Below, piece after piece: positions 11,816 to 23,900 of a DNA stretch of 64,000 bases (positions within the stretch are counted from its first letter, which is position 1; each line of letters opens with the position of its first letter). Source of the DNA: Selaginella moellendorffii. Taxonomy: Eukaryota > Plantae > Lycopodiophyta. The notes below the pieces were generated by a model. That model was not told the DNA's origin. It saw only the letters and a list, made by a program, of their open reading frames with translations, and ran no database searches. Position numbers and translations under genes: made by a program. Location of the stretch: NCBI RefSeq assembly GCF_000143415.4, contig NW_003314346.1, positions 315,270 through 379,269 on the forward strand. The letters are read 5' to 3'.

Positions 11816-11905
11816 AGGCAAAAAATAACAGTCTGAGATGGCATGTATTTATTTAAAAATGTAACTTATTATGGCATGGGGTTCCCGCAAGAGGTCCGTC
11901 ATGAC

Positions 11906-14900
11906 TGTTATGATCCGGCGCAAAAAGACAAAGATCTCGTTGCCCTAGACTATGCTACGCCACCTCTTGAGGTTCCTCACCACCCAACCACCCCCGAGCT
12001 ACCCTAAAAGCTCCACTGTGCCGCCGCTCCACTGTGAGCCCTAGGGTAGGTTAAGTCCCTTACCCTAACATGCCTTAATATACCCTTGAGCCTCCCTTTG
12101 ACCGACATTGACCACGTAGTCAAAGCTGGCACCTAACAATTCTTTCCCCCGAACAAAGTCCTTGTCCCAAGGACGAGTTGTACCGGTGATCACCCTTTCT
12201 GGGGAATCCTGCTCAAGCTCCTGGTCCATCTTCCACAGCCGTATACATCAAGGAGGCATTGGGCCCGTCACTCCGAGATAGTACACCTTTCAACTGGCTG
12301 ACATAAAATACCGGATGAATTTTCACCCCAACTGGCAGCCGCACCCGATAAGCCGCTTTACCAATGCGCTCCAGCACTTCATATGGACCAGCATATCGAT
12401 GGGAAAGTTTATCACTCTTCCCTGTCCGTAAAGGCACCAAGGTGTTCCGCCGCTCACTTGACGGAAAGATCACTCGCACAAAGACGAGATCACCCACCTT
12501 ATATTCCCGGAATTGGCGATGCTCATTGGCAAACTTCTCCGCTCTATCCTGAGCTGCTTGCAAATTCCGTTTACACACCACCAGAATCTCATCAAGTTCT
12601 GTGGCCAGATCAGTTGCCTCGGAATCAAGCTTATCTTGAACGTCCTTACTCAAATGCAATCCCAACTCCACCGCTGTTCGAGGATGCCTTCCAAACATGG
12701 CAAAGTAAGGACTTAGCTTGGTTCCACTGTGTTGGCTATTGTTGTAAGCAAATTGCACCAACGGAAGATATAGATCCCACTGTCCTTGCCTTTGACCAAT
12801 GCTACAACGTAGCATATCCTCCACCACCTGATTCACACGTTTAGTTTGCCCATCTGTCTGAGGATGATCTCCACTCGAGAGTTTCAAAGTCACTTGCATA
12901 GCCTTTGCAAAGCTTTTCCAAAATCCACTGGTGAACTTTGAATCTCGATCACTAATGATTTCCTCCGGCAAACCAAAATCAGGAAAAACCTTCTCCAAGT
13001 AAACCGCAGCCAAGTCTGAGGCAGTGACAGTCTTCCGAAGAGCCAACAACCGCACATACTTCGTCAACCGATCCACTATGACCCATACTTGCTCCTTTTG
13101 CCTCTGTGTTCGTGGCAAACAAGTGATGAAGTCCATAGAGATACTACACCAACGGCTCTGAGGAATAGGTAAAGGTTGCAAAAGTCCTCCTGGCTTCTCC
13201 CGTGGCACCTTAACCCGCTGACAAAGCTCGCATGATTTACAATACTTGAGGATATCAGCCTTCATATTCCTCCAATAAAAATTGCGCTTAATCAACTCAT
13301 ACGTCTTCTTCCCCCCAAAATGACCGGCCTCTAGACGATCATGATAGTGGAATAAAACTTGAGTAATTAACGCATCCACCCATGGCAAATAGACACGGCC
13401 ATTGTAGTAGAGAATCCCATCCACCAATGAGAAAGGAGCTTCCATCTGGTCTCGCAAAGAGGCCACCTCAGCATCCTGAGCTTGAGCATGCTCAACCAAT
13501 TGCCCAAACTCGCTGACCACCTTACTCAAATGATGACAAAATCGTGTTCGTAACGTCGTCACATGACAAACACGAGATAAAGCATCCGCCACCACATTTG
13601 TTTTTCCCGGACGATGCTCAATAGGAAACTCCCCAAACTCCATGAGTTTGACCATCCAACGAGCTTGCCTAGTGTTCAACTCTTTTTGTGTGAAAAGATA
13701 CACAAGTGGTTTGTGATTTGTCAACACCACGAACACTGCACCATAAAGATAGTGCCACCACGTCCGCAAAGCATGAACAATAGAGAGTAACTCTTACTCA
13801 TATGTGGAATAGCGTTGCTCCGCGGAATTCAAAGTTCGACTCTCATATGCAATAGGCTGTCCCTCTTGCATGAGAACTCCTCCCAGTGCATAACCACTCG
13901 CATCGCATGTCACCTCGTAAAGTTTCGATGGATTAGCAATGCGAGGCACTGGAGCCTCGCTCAACAATCGTTTCAGCGCCACAAAACTCTCCTCTTGTGG
14001 CGTCTTCCACTCGAATGGCACATTCTTGCATAGCATCCGCGTCAAAGGAATAGCCACCTCTGCAAACTTATGCTGGAAATGTCGGTAGTAACTAGCCATA
14101 CCAAGAAAACTGCGCAACTCGGCCACTGTAGTCGGTGTAGGCCAGTTTTCCACCACAGCCACCTTCCTTGGATCCGTCTTGACACCGTTAGATGTTACAA
14201 TATGGCCTAGATATTCCACCTCCGACTTTGCAAATTCACATTTGCTCTTCTTCGCATAAAGTTTGTTGTCTCGAAGTAACAAAAGAACCTTGCGCAAATG
14301 CACCCTATGCTCCTCCATATTCTTGCTAAAAACAAGAATATCGTCCAAGAAAATCTCCACAAACTCATGAAGATAACGCCCAAATACCTCCGTCATCAAC
14401 CGAGTAAATGTGGCCGGTGCATTCGTCAAACCAAACAGCATAACTGTAAACTCAAAATGTCCAAAGCTTGTGTTGAATGCTGTCTTGGAGATAGATGCAT
14501 CATCCATTGCAATCTGATGATATCCACTCCTCAGATCAATCTTGGTAAACACTCGTGCTTCACCAAGCTTGTCTAGGATATCATCCACACGTGGCATCGG
14601 CATCTTATCCTTCACTGTCTTCTTGTTCAAAGCGCGGTAGTCAATACACATTCGCATTGAACCGTCCTTCTTCTTTATAAGCAAGACCGGAGCACCAAAT
14701 GGAGACTTACTTGGTTGAATGAATCCAAACTCAAGTAACTCCTTGACTTGTCGTTGAACTTCTTGCTCCTCCGCATAACTTAACCGAAATGGACGCCGGT
14801 AAATTGGCCGCGTCCCCAGCTCTAATGTAATCCCATGCTCCACACCTCATAATGGAGGCAATCCATGAGGAAGTTCAGATGGAAAAACATCAGAAAACTC

Positions 14901-16693
14901 ATCAAGTACATCCCATACTGCTGCTTCTCCCCCACACGTGCCTTGGTCCCCCAAGTCACGAACAAACAGCAAGTAACTTGAAAGTGCTTTTCCATTACAA
15001 CAAACCCGCTTCAAAGATGTAGCAGAGAGCATAACAACTGGTGGTTGAACGCCCTCGCCAAACCACACATCTTTAACGCCACCATACTCCAGCGAGATAC
15101 GCTTAATGCTCCACTTTATCTCTGGATCCACCTTCACCAACCATGGCATCCCAAGAATGAGATCCACACAATGGATATCCGCGAGATAAAAAGTCTCAAC
15201 AAGTGTGGTTTTGCCAACCAACACTTCCAGCCCCTCGACACAAGCATCAAAATGCTGAGTAGAGGTAGCTGCACCTTCCACTATGTATGGAAGAACTCCA
15301 TGTGTGTTCAGGCGATGCTCCGCAACAAACTTTGCCGAAACAAAGTTGTCATCGCTCCCACTATCCAGTAAAATTCGCACTGGATCGCCACGGAACACGC
15401 CCTCCAGCATTAAAGCTGATTCACGCGTATCCTCGAGCTCTATCTTATTCCACACACAGTTGAGTTGACGAGCAACGATCGAAAGTCTCTTCCTCCGACC
15501 GGAATGGTCGTTCTCGTCATCCTCACGCTGTAAAGCTTGCAACTTTTTAGTATCTGACTTACCGTGAGAAGATGATTGGCCATTCTTCTTGTCCTGCTGC
15601 TTGTTCTTCAACTGCGGACAATCAGCCTTGTAGTGTCCAAGTTCGCCGCAATGATGACAACCTTGTCTATAATTCTTCACAAAGAACTTCTGCTTCTTGG
15701 ACCCCTTTGCATCTGAAGTAGTCACCACCGACTTCAACTTGTGATGCTTGTTCCCATCCTTGTGTCCACGGCGATCATCACGACGATTCTCGACAAAAGG
15801 ACTCCGCGAACGCTTGCGAGACTTGTGCTTGTCATTGTCAAGTCGACGAGTCGCATCAAAGAGCTCCTCCAAACTCTTTGTAGGCTGAGAATGACGCAAG
15901 TGTTGCCGCATGCTCTCACTATGTAGGCCATCAATGAAGTAGGACTTGTTTTGATCTGGATCCTTCGTTGGAACATGACTAATCAAGCGAGTAAGCTTCT
16001 CAATATAATCCCTGAGCGTCATTTTCCCTTGCTGGAAATGGTGAAGTTCTGTACGAGCATTCTCCACATCGTAATGAGGGGCAAAATGTAAACAGAAAGC
16101 AGCCTCAAACTCATCCATGGTAGACACTGGTGGTTTCTTATCCGCAACACGGGACTCCTCAAGCCAATTCCACCATCGAAGACCCGCATCACGCAAAACT
16201 ATCGGAATAGCCACTAAAGCCTCTGCATCTGGAGTTCCTCTAGCAGCCAAGAACTTCTTCACATTGGCTAGCCAAGCGAGACACTCGTCCACACCACCAT
16301 CACCGGAAAAAGTTGGAACCTTGAGTCGATCTACCAAAGAAGGCTTACTTGGAGCGCTACCCCGTCCAGCCTCGAGTGCCTCAACACGCCCACGCATGGT
16401 ATCCATCATGCCATGCATCTCGTCTTGCATCTCTTGCTGATTTTTATTAAGGGCTCGCAGCTCATGAACCACATCTTGAATGGTCCAAATCTCCGCAGCT
16501 TCGTCGGCACCATCGTCGGCACCACCATCGACGATAGGATTCCAGCGTTCAGCTTGGTCGGCCATCGCAACCAACTCCTCTGATACCAATGTTAAGATCC
16601 TATCCCTTACACCCTAAACCAACTGGTTAAAAGGGTGATCACTTGATTGCAGGGCCCTTTCTTTATCCTATTATCCTGACCTGGTGCCTAACA
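11906..16693 (-). mobile_element. Ty3/Gypsy retrotransposon with non-matching LTRs
   Basis: 5' LTR 16590-16693 (104 bp, TRIM type), PBS TGGTATCAGAG (tRNA-Met) at 16578-16588, gag-pol, PPT GGGGGAAAGAAT, 3' LTR 11906-12138 (233 bp, TG…CA). Flanks ATGAC and GTGGG do not match. Confidence 0.85.
12213..16565 (-). pseudogene. Gag-PR-RT-RH-INT polyprotein, in-frame stops at ~14847 and ~13794
   Basis: CCHC knuckle CHHCGELGHYKADC, protease LLDSGSD, RT IDLRSGYHQI…FLDD, RNase H CDASG, integrase H…GH…CELC, SMDFIT, SDRD, HPQTDGQT, GPY. No chromodomain seen. Confidence 0.92.
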
Positions 16694-19448
16694 GTGGGGC
16701 AGAAATCAGCATTTCCGTCCTGACAGACAGGAGTGTCAGCAACGAGGAGAAGCTTGCAGCTGAGCTCCAGCTGGAGGAGATAGCTGGCGTGGATCTCAGC
16801 TAGAGTTTGAGTCTCCATAACTCAAGAGGTGGTCAGTCCCAATGGGAGACATGTTGTGCTGATTACTGTGATTGGCTGTGGCTGTGTTGGTGTGTCTGTT
16901 GTTCCTCAGACAAATCTCTTTCAAAATACTATAAAATTATGAAACTTCCATGCCAACAATTTAATTTCAAATGTTCTATGGTGAAATTACTAAAATTGAT
17001 CATCTTCATAATTGTTACTAGTGCCTTTCCTTAATATTTAAAAGTGTTATCTCTTCACTCAACAACTAGATCTAGTAATTAAGAACTATAACTATATCTA
17101 ACACCCCAAAAAAGTTTATAGTATCCCACTCTAGCCATAAAAAAAATTTATACTACCATCCTTTGCATTCTATGTTGCTTACTATTTACTATCCTCACTT
17201 GGAATCCTTGTATTGATCAGTTGGAAGGACTTGTATAAAAATGATAATAATTTAGAATGAGAAGCATTCACAAACAAAAATCTAGCTAGCTAGATGCAAA
17301 GCTATGAACAATTATATTTATAAGAGAAAATCAAGCAATGCAAATACCTCTATAGTCCCCCTTTAGCTTAAGGTAAGAGCAAAGAGCCTTAATGGCAAAC
17401 TGAATTAAGGCTGTTATTCACTCCTCAATTTTACAGTTCTCCTTTTCCAGATCATAAATTAACTCAATTTGCTTCAATCTAGTCAACAACTAGTAAATTA
17501 CCATCTTAGAGAGCTCTAACAAGAGAATGGCTACTTGATTTATTCCTTCATCTACTACTACCACTTGCATCTTGCATTGTGCTGTCAGTGTCAACTAGTG
17601 ACATGTCTTCATGATCATCTGGAACATGAGCTTGATGATTAGAATCAGTGAGGTGGTGAAGAGTAACAGTGAAGAAGGCATCCATTGCTTTGAACATCTT
17701 TTAGTTCATCGTTGTTAGAAGCTTCAATGCAACTACTTCTTCCCACGTGAGCATGAAGAAGTTCGCAACACTTATTTTTCGATTGTGGTCCTTGATTTGC
17801 TTGTACATCCTCTTGAGGCTCTCCCCCTTCTGCTTGCAACCATCTTGTCGCACTCAATACGAGTCTTCTCAATCATCTTCTCTGCAAACTATCACCAGTA
17901 AACATTCAAGGGCAAGTTTCCTTTCTCCCGTCAAGTCATAACCCTTCTCTCTGCATGCTCCATGGCTTTGAGCTCAATCAAAGCCATGGCTTTTCCTCTT
18001 GTCCAATTAGGAGCATGTTTCTTCCTTAGTTTCTTTCTTGACACTGATTTTGCGAGCTCCTCCTCCTTATCCTCTTATTCTTCCTTATACTCTTCCCTTG
18101 GATTTTGGTCAAAACTAGAATGCCTAAATGTAAAACTGGAAAGAAAAGCTCTCCAATCCTTACAACTACACTTCCCATAAATACTAGAAATGCATTGCGG
18201 GTAAGAGATTCTTCCTCGTGTTTTTTCCCTTGCCCACGGCTGGAACTTATTGCAGGACAAACCGGAGAGATTATGGCAGAGGCTGATGACAAAACGAAGT
18301 GGTTCTCGTGGTGAAGTTGGATCTAAATCAGATCAAGCTCAAGCCCCAGAGCTGGGGAGTTTTCAGAGACAGGAGGCCAGATTTGTACAAGGTGCTTCTA
18401 ACGGTAGATGGTAAAGTTTAGAATGCATGGTCTTGAAATATTCATGGAACCGATGTTTTAATTCATTAGAATTAGAGAATCCTATGAATAAATGAATTCC
18501 CAACATATGAAGGTCAACATTATGCTTCTTTAGTTTCTTCGTATTATTGTATTATTAATAAATCATCCCACTAATACTGTAGCAATAAAAAAAGAAGGAA
18601 TACCACCAAGAGGAGATTCAAGCGTGACCCCTTTCACAAGTAGGTGAAGTTTTTCATGGTTCACCTGGAAAGCTAAGTAGTCATTTTTAAGGTCCAAAAG
18701 TTTTACTGCTACAAACTTCCTTCCAAACCTGTGGTGGTGTCAAGCTATAGTTCCAGCTTGATTGTCTTCAAATATCGTAAAACAGATTGAATGAAGATAA
18801 CAGTTCAATATAGTGTTGTGATCAGTCCTCTAGTTGGTGAGTAGGAATCAGCCGTTCCATCTTTCTTTGCTCCAGGAGAATTGGGAGTATCTGTCAGTGC
18901 ATTGTTCATCCACAATTTTAGAAAAATCACTCTTTCTCTCCCCTGAAGAATAGACTTCCTCAGTCAGTAGAGCTTGATAAGACAAAAGAATTAATCAAGA
19001 AGGACAATCGTGGAGAAATGGTGCCCAGCTCATCTTCTTGATCTGGTACCTAGTGCAATAGTTAGCATAAACAGGTGGTACAATTTAGATAAATAAGTGT
19101 ACAATAATTATTTCTTAGAATAGCCCATATCCAGCATTCCAGTGGATGTATATCATGGTATACCTACATATTAAGTAGTGGTAAAGAAAAAGCTCTATCT
19201 ATCCCAATCTATCTATCTCACTGCTTTTATTTCTAGATTCTCATGAAGAACTTTGGTTTTGAGCTATAAAACATGTGAAAAGGTCTATGGTTATAAATTA
19301 AAAGATTTAAAAAATGCTCTTAGAATATTGTTAAACACTATAATAGCTTTGCTTAATTGGAAAAAAAAAAATGGTAATTTGAAGATGCTAACAAAAGTTA
19401 CATTGACAAATGAGGTTTTGTGCAATAGATTATTATCATTGCTCAAAC

Positions 19449-19618
19449 TGTGAGTGTATGGAATATGGAAAAAGAATACACAAAATGTGCATATCAATTA
19501 ACCAAAAAATCCTAACTTATATACGAGTGGTCCAAATTAAAACCAATCCGACGGCTACCAAAATCCCACTATGCTAATATTAGTATATAGCATCCTAATT
19601 GTACACTTGGACCTCACA
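19449..19618 (-). mobile_element. Solo LTR of the Gypsy family at 20991
   Basis: Reverse complement of LTR 20991-21166, TG…CA ends, flanked by 4-bp TSD AAAC. Confidence 0.85.
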
Positions 19619-20073
19619 AAACAAATTATCAGAAATAATATTGATCATTTCATCATTAGGTTTAAGGGTATACTAGATAATAAAAAAATGAAATAACTAT
19701 TGCTAAAGTTATATATTATTGTTTTTAATAGAATATACAATAAAAATATTTTTAAAAAATTACTATTTCCATATTTTTAGTTAAGCTAATATAATAATTT
19801 TAAAACAATTTTGCAATATCATAGCTCCATTTATACAAGGATACTGCCATAAAATATTGATGGATTATATTTAAAAAAAATATAATAAAAAATAAAAATT
19901 ATTAAAATTTTATAGTAGATAAAATTTATTATAAAATTATTTTAAATTTATAGAATTTCTACAAGTGGAGTACTAATATATATATATTTTAATAATTTAT
20001 TTAAATAATTCATTATGATTTATAATTAAGTATTTAGTAATATTTATTCTTAATTATATTTTTTACCTAAGAT

Positions 20074-20481
20074 ATGCTGGTTTATAAAGAATATCTAATT
20101 TTAATATTTATATTTTTAAGTATTTATTTATGTTTTAGTGCACATATACAAGTATTTATTTTTAATAGAGTAGGTGATGAACTTAAGCTTCATTGTAAAT
20201 CAAAAAATGATGATTTAAGAATGCAAATTATTAAAGATAGATCAAACTTTATGTTTGAATTTAACACAAGATGGATTGGGCATACTTTATTTTGGTGTGA
20301 TATAAAGTTTAAAGGGGAAATACATGGAAAATTCAATGCTTATGACCAAGGATCGCATGAAGATTATGAAGAATCTGAAATAGTAGAGTGGTATATATTT
20401 AGATATGCAATTTTTGAAATTCATAAAAATTATGATAAAGAAAATTGGTCTGTGCCAATGAAAAGGTATATTGTTATTTAA
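20074..20481 (+). CDS. Plant S-protein homolog (Self-incomp_S1/SPH family) secreted protein, 135 aa
   Basis: Hydrophobic signal peptide followed by VFIFN…LKLHCKSKNDDL…FMFEF…HTLFWCD…W. Intronless and intact. Confidence 0.88.
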   Translation: MLVYKEYLILIFIFLSIYLCFSAHIQVFIFNRVGDELKLHCKSKNDDLRMQIIKDRSNFMFEFNTRWIGHTLFWCDIKFKGEIHGKFNAYDQGSHEDYEESEIVEWYIFRYAIFEIHKNYDKENWSVPMKRYIVI

Positions 20482-20990
20482 ATATTAAAGAAAAAAATTA
20501 AAATGATTATATTTTTCTTCCAATTTTCTAAAAACATTTTATATGAAATTTGATAATTTATAAAATTAGCAAGAAACATAAATGTTACCTTTCCTACCTA
20601 AAACCTGTAGATAAAAAAACTATTTCAGTTGATAATACTTATAAATAATATTCTCTTAATTAATTAGGACTAACCTCTCTATGCTGTGAATATTTAATAT
20701 GATTAAAGTTTAAAATATTTAAAGTTTTCAAAAAGATTATACATTAACCTTTTATAAAAGAAGAACATTAATATTTACAATTCTCTATATCTATTAGTTG
20801 ATAGTATTTGAGTTTATAAGAAAAAATCGTAAACATTTTAAAAGTCTTCTCCTAGGTATGGGTAAATAATAGTTAAAACTTATGAATATAAGCTATTATA
20901 TTTTATTAAACTGTTTTCCATATACATTTCTATTAAATGGGATTAAAATTTAAAATTAATTAATGGATAATAGTTTTCTATATATAAAGT

Positions 20991-23900
20991 TGTGAGGGCC
21001 AAGTGTACGGTTACGATGCCGTATACTAATATTAGCATAGTGGGATTTTGATAGCTATCGGATTAGTTTCAATCTGGACCACTCGCTCCTGTATATAAAC
21101 TAAGGTTTTTTGGGCTAATGGATATGCATATTTCTGTATTCCCTTTCCATATTCCAAGCACTCACATTGGTGGAGATGAGGGGCACCTTTGATTGTCTCT
21201 GGGGAATGCTTGGATTTGGGATTTTGGTTTAGATTTAACTTTTGCATTGTCTAGATCTAGCTTTTTCCATTTCCTTCTTTTTGTTCTTTTCTTTCAGGAT
21301 TTTGGTTTAGATCTAGCTTTTTGCATTGTCTAGATCTACCATTTCCTTCTAGCTTTTTGTCATCTCTCTTCTTTTGCTCTTTCTTTTTCATTCGTCTCTA
21401 TGGCAGATCAGCAATCTCCTCCTTTGACTCTTGAGCAGCAGTTGGTCCAATTGCTTGATGCTATGTGCTTGCAATTGAACAACCAAACTCAATTGATGGT
21501 GGCATTCACGGCACGTGGTCCAACTCCTCCTACTCTTGGTGCCAATCCTCGCGTTCGGCCGGAATTCTTTCATGGGAATCCCGGGGATGATGTGTACCAT
21601 TGGTTCGATCACTTCACGGTGATTGCCACATATCATTCTTGGGATGATGCTCGACGTTTACGTGAGTTTCCCACGTGTCTCCAAGGGACGGCGTTGCAGT
21701 GGTACAATGGATTGAGTGCGGCCACTCGTGAGGATTGGAGTGTTCTTCCGGACATCTTCAAACACGCCTTCGGACATGCTGACGATTGTGACGATGCCTT
21801 CCAACAATTGCATCATCTTCGCCAAGGGCCATCTGAGTTGGTGATGCAATTTGGCGTTCGTTTCCAAAGTCTTTTGCTTCGTGCGGAGCCCAATATGTCG
21901 GAGCGAATCAAGCTAGGAATGTTGTGGCCAGCACTTCGTCAAGATCTTGTCGGCCTTGTGCATGCACTTGCTCCTGCCACCCTTGACGATGCTCTTCGCT
22001 TGACACAACGTTATGAGACGTCGCCTCTTCCACTTCTTGCTGCACGTCCTTCCACTCCACTTTTTATGAGTGATGGTCCTGTTCCCATGGAGGTTGATGC
22101 TGCTGCTACTTGAGTCCAAGGACAAGGATGAGGACGTGGTCGTGGCCGTGATGTTTGTTGCTGGGCGTGTGATGAAGTTGGTTATACTTATCGGCATTGT
22201 TGGTGCTTTTTGGATTGGTGACCTCCATTTCCTGGGTGGAGACCTTGGCATCAACAACGTCCCGTTGGTGCTGCTGCAGTGGAAGGTTTGGACACCGAGA
22301 TGAATCCGGGAAACGAGGAGTTGCGCGAGTAATGGAGGGATCTTGCGCGAATAAGTCAGTGTCCCCTCCATCTTTCTTTCGGGAGTATCATCAAGGTGTT
22401 CACTCGGCACCAGTTCATCTAGTGTTTACTTTCCAAGCTCATCTTTATAACAAGAGGTCTCCTATTATTCTCTCCGTGTTGGTTGATACAGGTTTGAGTT
22501 TATCTTCTATTGCTCGACTTGTTGCCACACGTTGTCGTCTATACTTGTGTCGTGCGGCAGAACCAATTTTCATTCTTTATGGCAACAGCCATACACATGC
22601 ATGTGCACGGGATGAGGCAGACTTGGTTGTGCGTGTGGGCGATCTTGAGCTTGAGTTGTAGTCATTGCAGGTGGTGCCGAGTCAAGCTTTTGACCTCATT
22701 CTTGGTATGGATTGGTTGCAGCGCAATCATGCCAAGTGTGACTTTGAGGCTTCTCCCCCTTGTCTCATACTTCCTTATGTTTCTTCCATTCCTCTCACAT
22801 CTGTACCTCTTCATCCCTCTACTTCTACCTCTGCTTCCATTACTTTTGTTCCCCCACTATTTCCTCCTGTGTTTCCATCTTGTTCTGCTCTTCCCTTTTC
22901 CGATCTCTCCGCCGATCTTTGTGTTGTAACAGTTGACCAGCTTATGAAGGAGTATTCTGATCTCTTTGACTTTGACCTATCGTCTAGAGCCAAGATTGCT
23001 ACACGTCATCCGATTCCAACTAGGGATGCTCGTCCAATCAAGGTTCCTGTTCGTCGTCGGTCACCAAAGGAGATCAAGATTTTACATGCAAATGTCCAGG
23101 AGATGTTGGAGAAGGGTGTTATTCAGAAGTCGCGAAGTCCTTGGGCATGTGAACCTCATCTTGTGACGAAGCCTAATGGGAGTATTCGTTTCTGCATCGA
23201 CTATCGTCCGTTAAACGACGTAACGATCGCGGATGTGTACCCTCTTCCTCACACTGCTGATCTCTTGGATCGTCTGGGGCGAAGTCGTTGGTTCACCAAG
23301 CTCGATCTTGCTTCTGGGTACTGGCAAGTACCGATGGCCGAAGAAAATATTCCTAAGACTGCTTTTCGTACACCATTTGGTTTGTATGAGTTCTTGGTGA
23401 TGCCATTTGGTTTGAACAATGCTCCAGCAACTTTTCAACGGATGATGGACGAGGTTCTTTGCGATATGCCGGAGGTGACTGCTGACTTCATTGATGATGT
23501 CTTGATCCACTCGAAGGGGACGTGGGAGGAGCACGTTTGTGATGTTTGTAAAGTGTTGGATCGGCTACGCGATGTTGGTTTAAAGCTGAAGCGGTCGAAG
23601 TGCGTGTTTGGATCCAAGGACACAACTTATCTTGGGTACCGTATTTCTCGTGAGGGTTTGCAAGTTGATCCTGACAAACTTGTGGCTGTTCTAAAGTTCC
23701 CTACTCCAAAGTGTATGAATGATGTGTAGCACTTCTTGGGCAAGGTGCAGTATGTCGGGCGTTTTGTGGATCATCTTTCTGATCGCACTACACCATTACG
23801 AATGTTGCTGAAGTCATCAACATCATCTTTCATCTGGTCTCCGGATTGTGAGCGGGCGTTTGGGGATCTCAAAAAGTTATTGACAACTCCTCCGATTTTG

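Larger units (their letters stand above)
175..11885 (-). mobile_element. Sola2-like DNA transposon, copy 1 (one TIR; other end truncated)
   Basis: TIR AAGCTCTATTTCGTTAAAGTGGGA at 175-198. Collinear in inverted orientation with 52910-61858. Similarity ends at 11885 inside a dyad motif, about 390 bp before the expected second TIR. Confidence 0.88.
402..11885. repeat. Dispersed 20-bp dyad TGGCRTG-N6-CAYGCCA, copy 1 set
   Basis: Copies start at about 402, 718, 2113, 2170, 4007, 4077 (perfect), 4175, 4862, 5718, 5797, 7672, 9172, 9313, 9504, 10721 (perfect), 10796 and 11872 (cut), plus half sites. Confidence 0.9.

Noticed and set aside
402-11885. Dyads as a CRISPR array or integron attC sites
   Set aside because: Spacing is irregular (tens of bp to kb), context is intronic or coding, the host is eukaryotic, and no cas or integron integrase gene is present.
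16694-19440. Possible host gene or relic
   Set aside because: Short ORFs only; no motif or consistent splice structure recognised.
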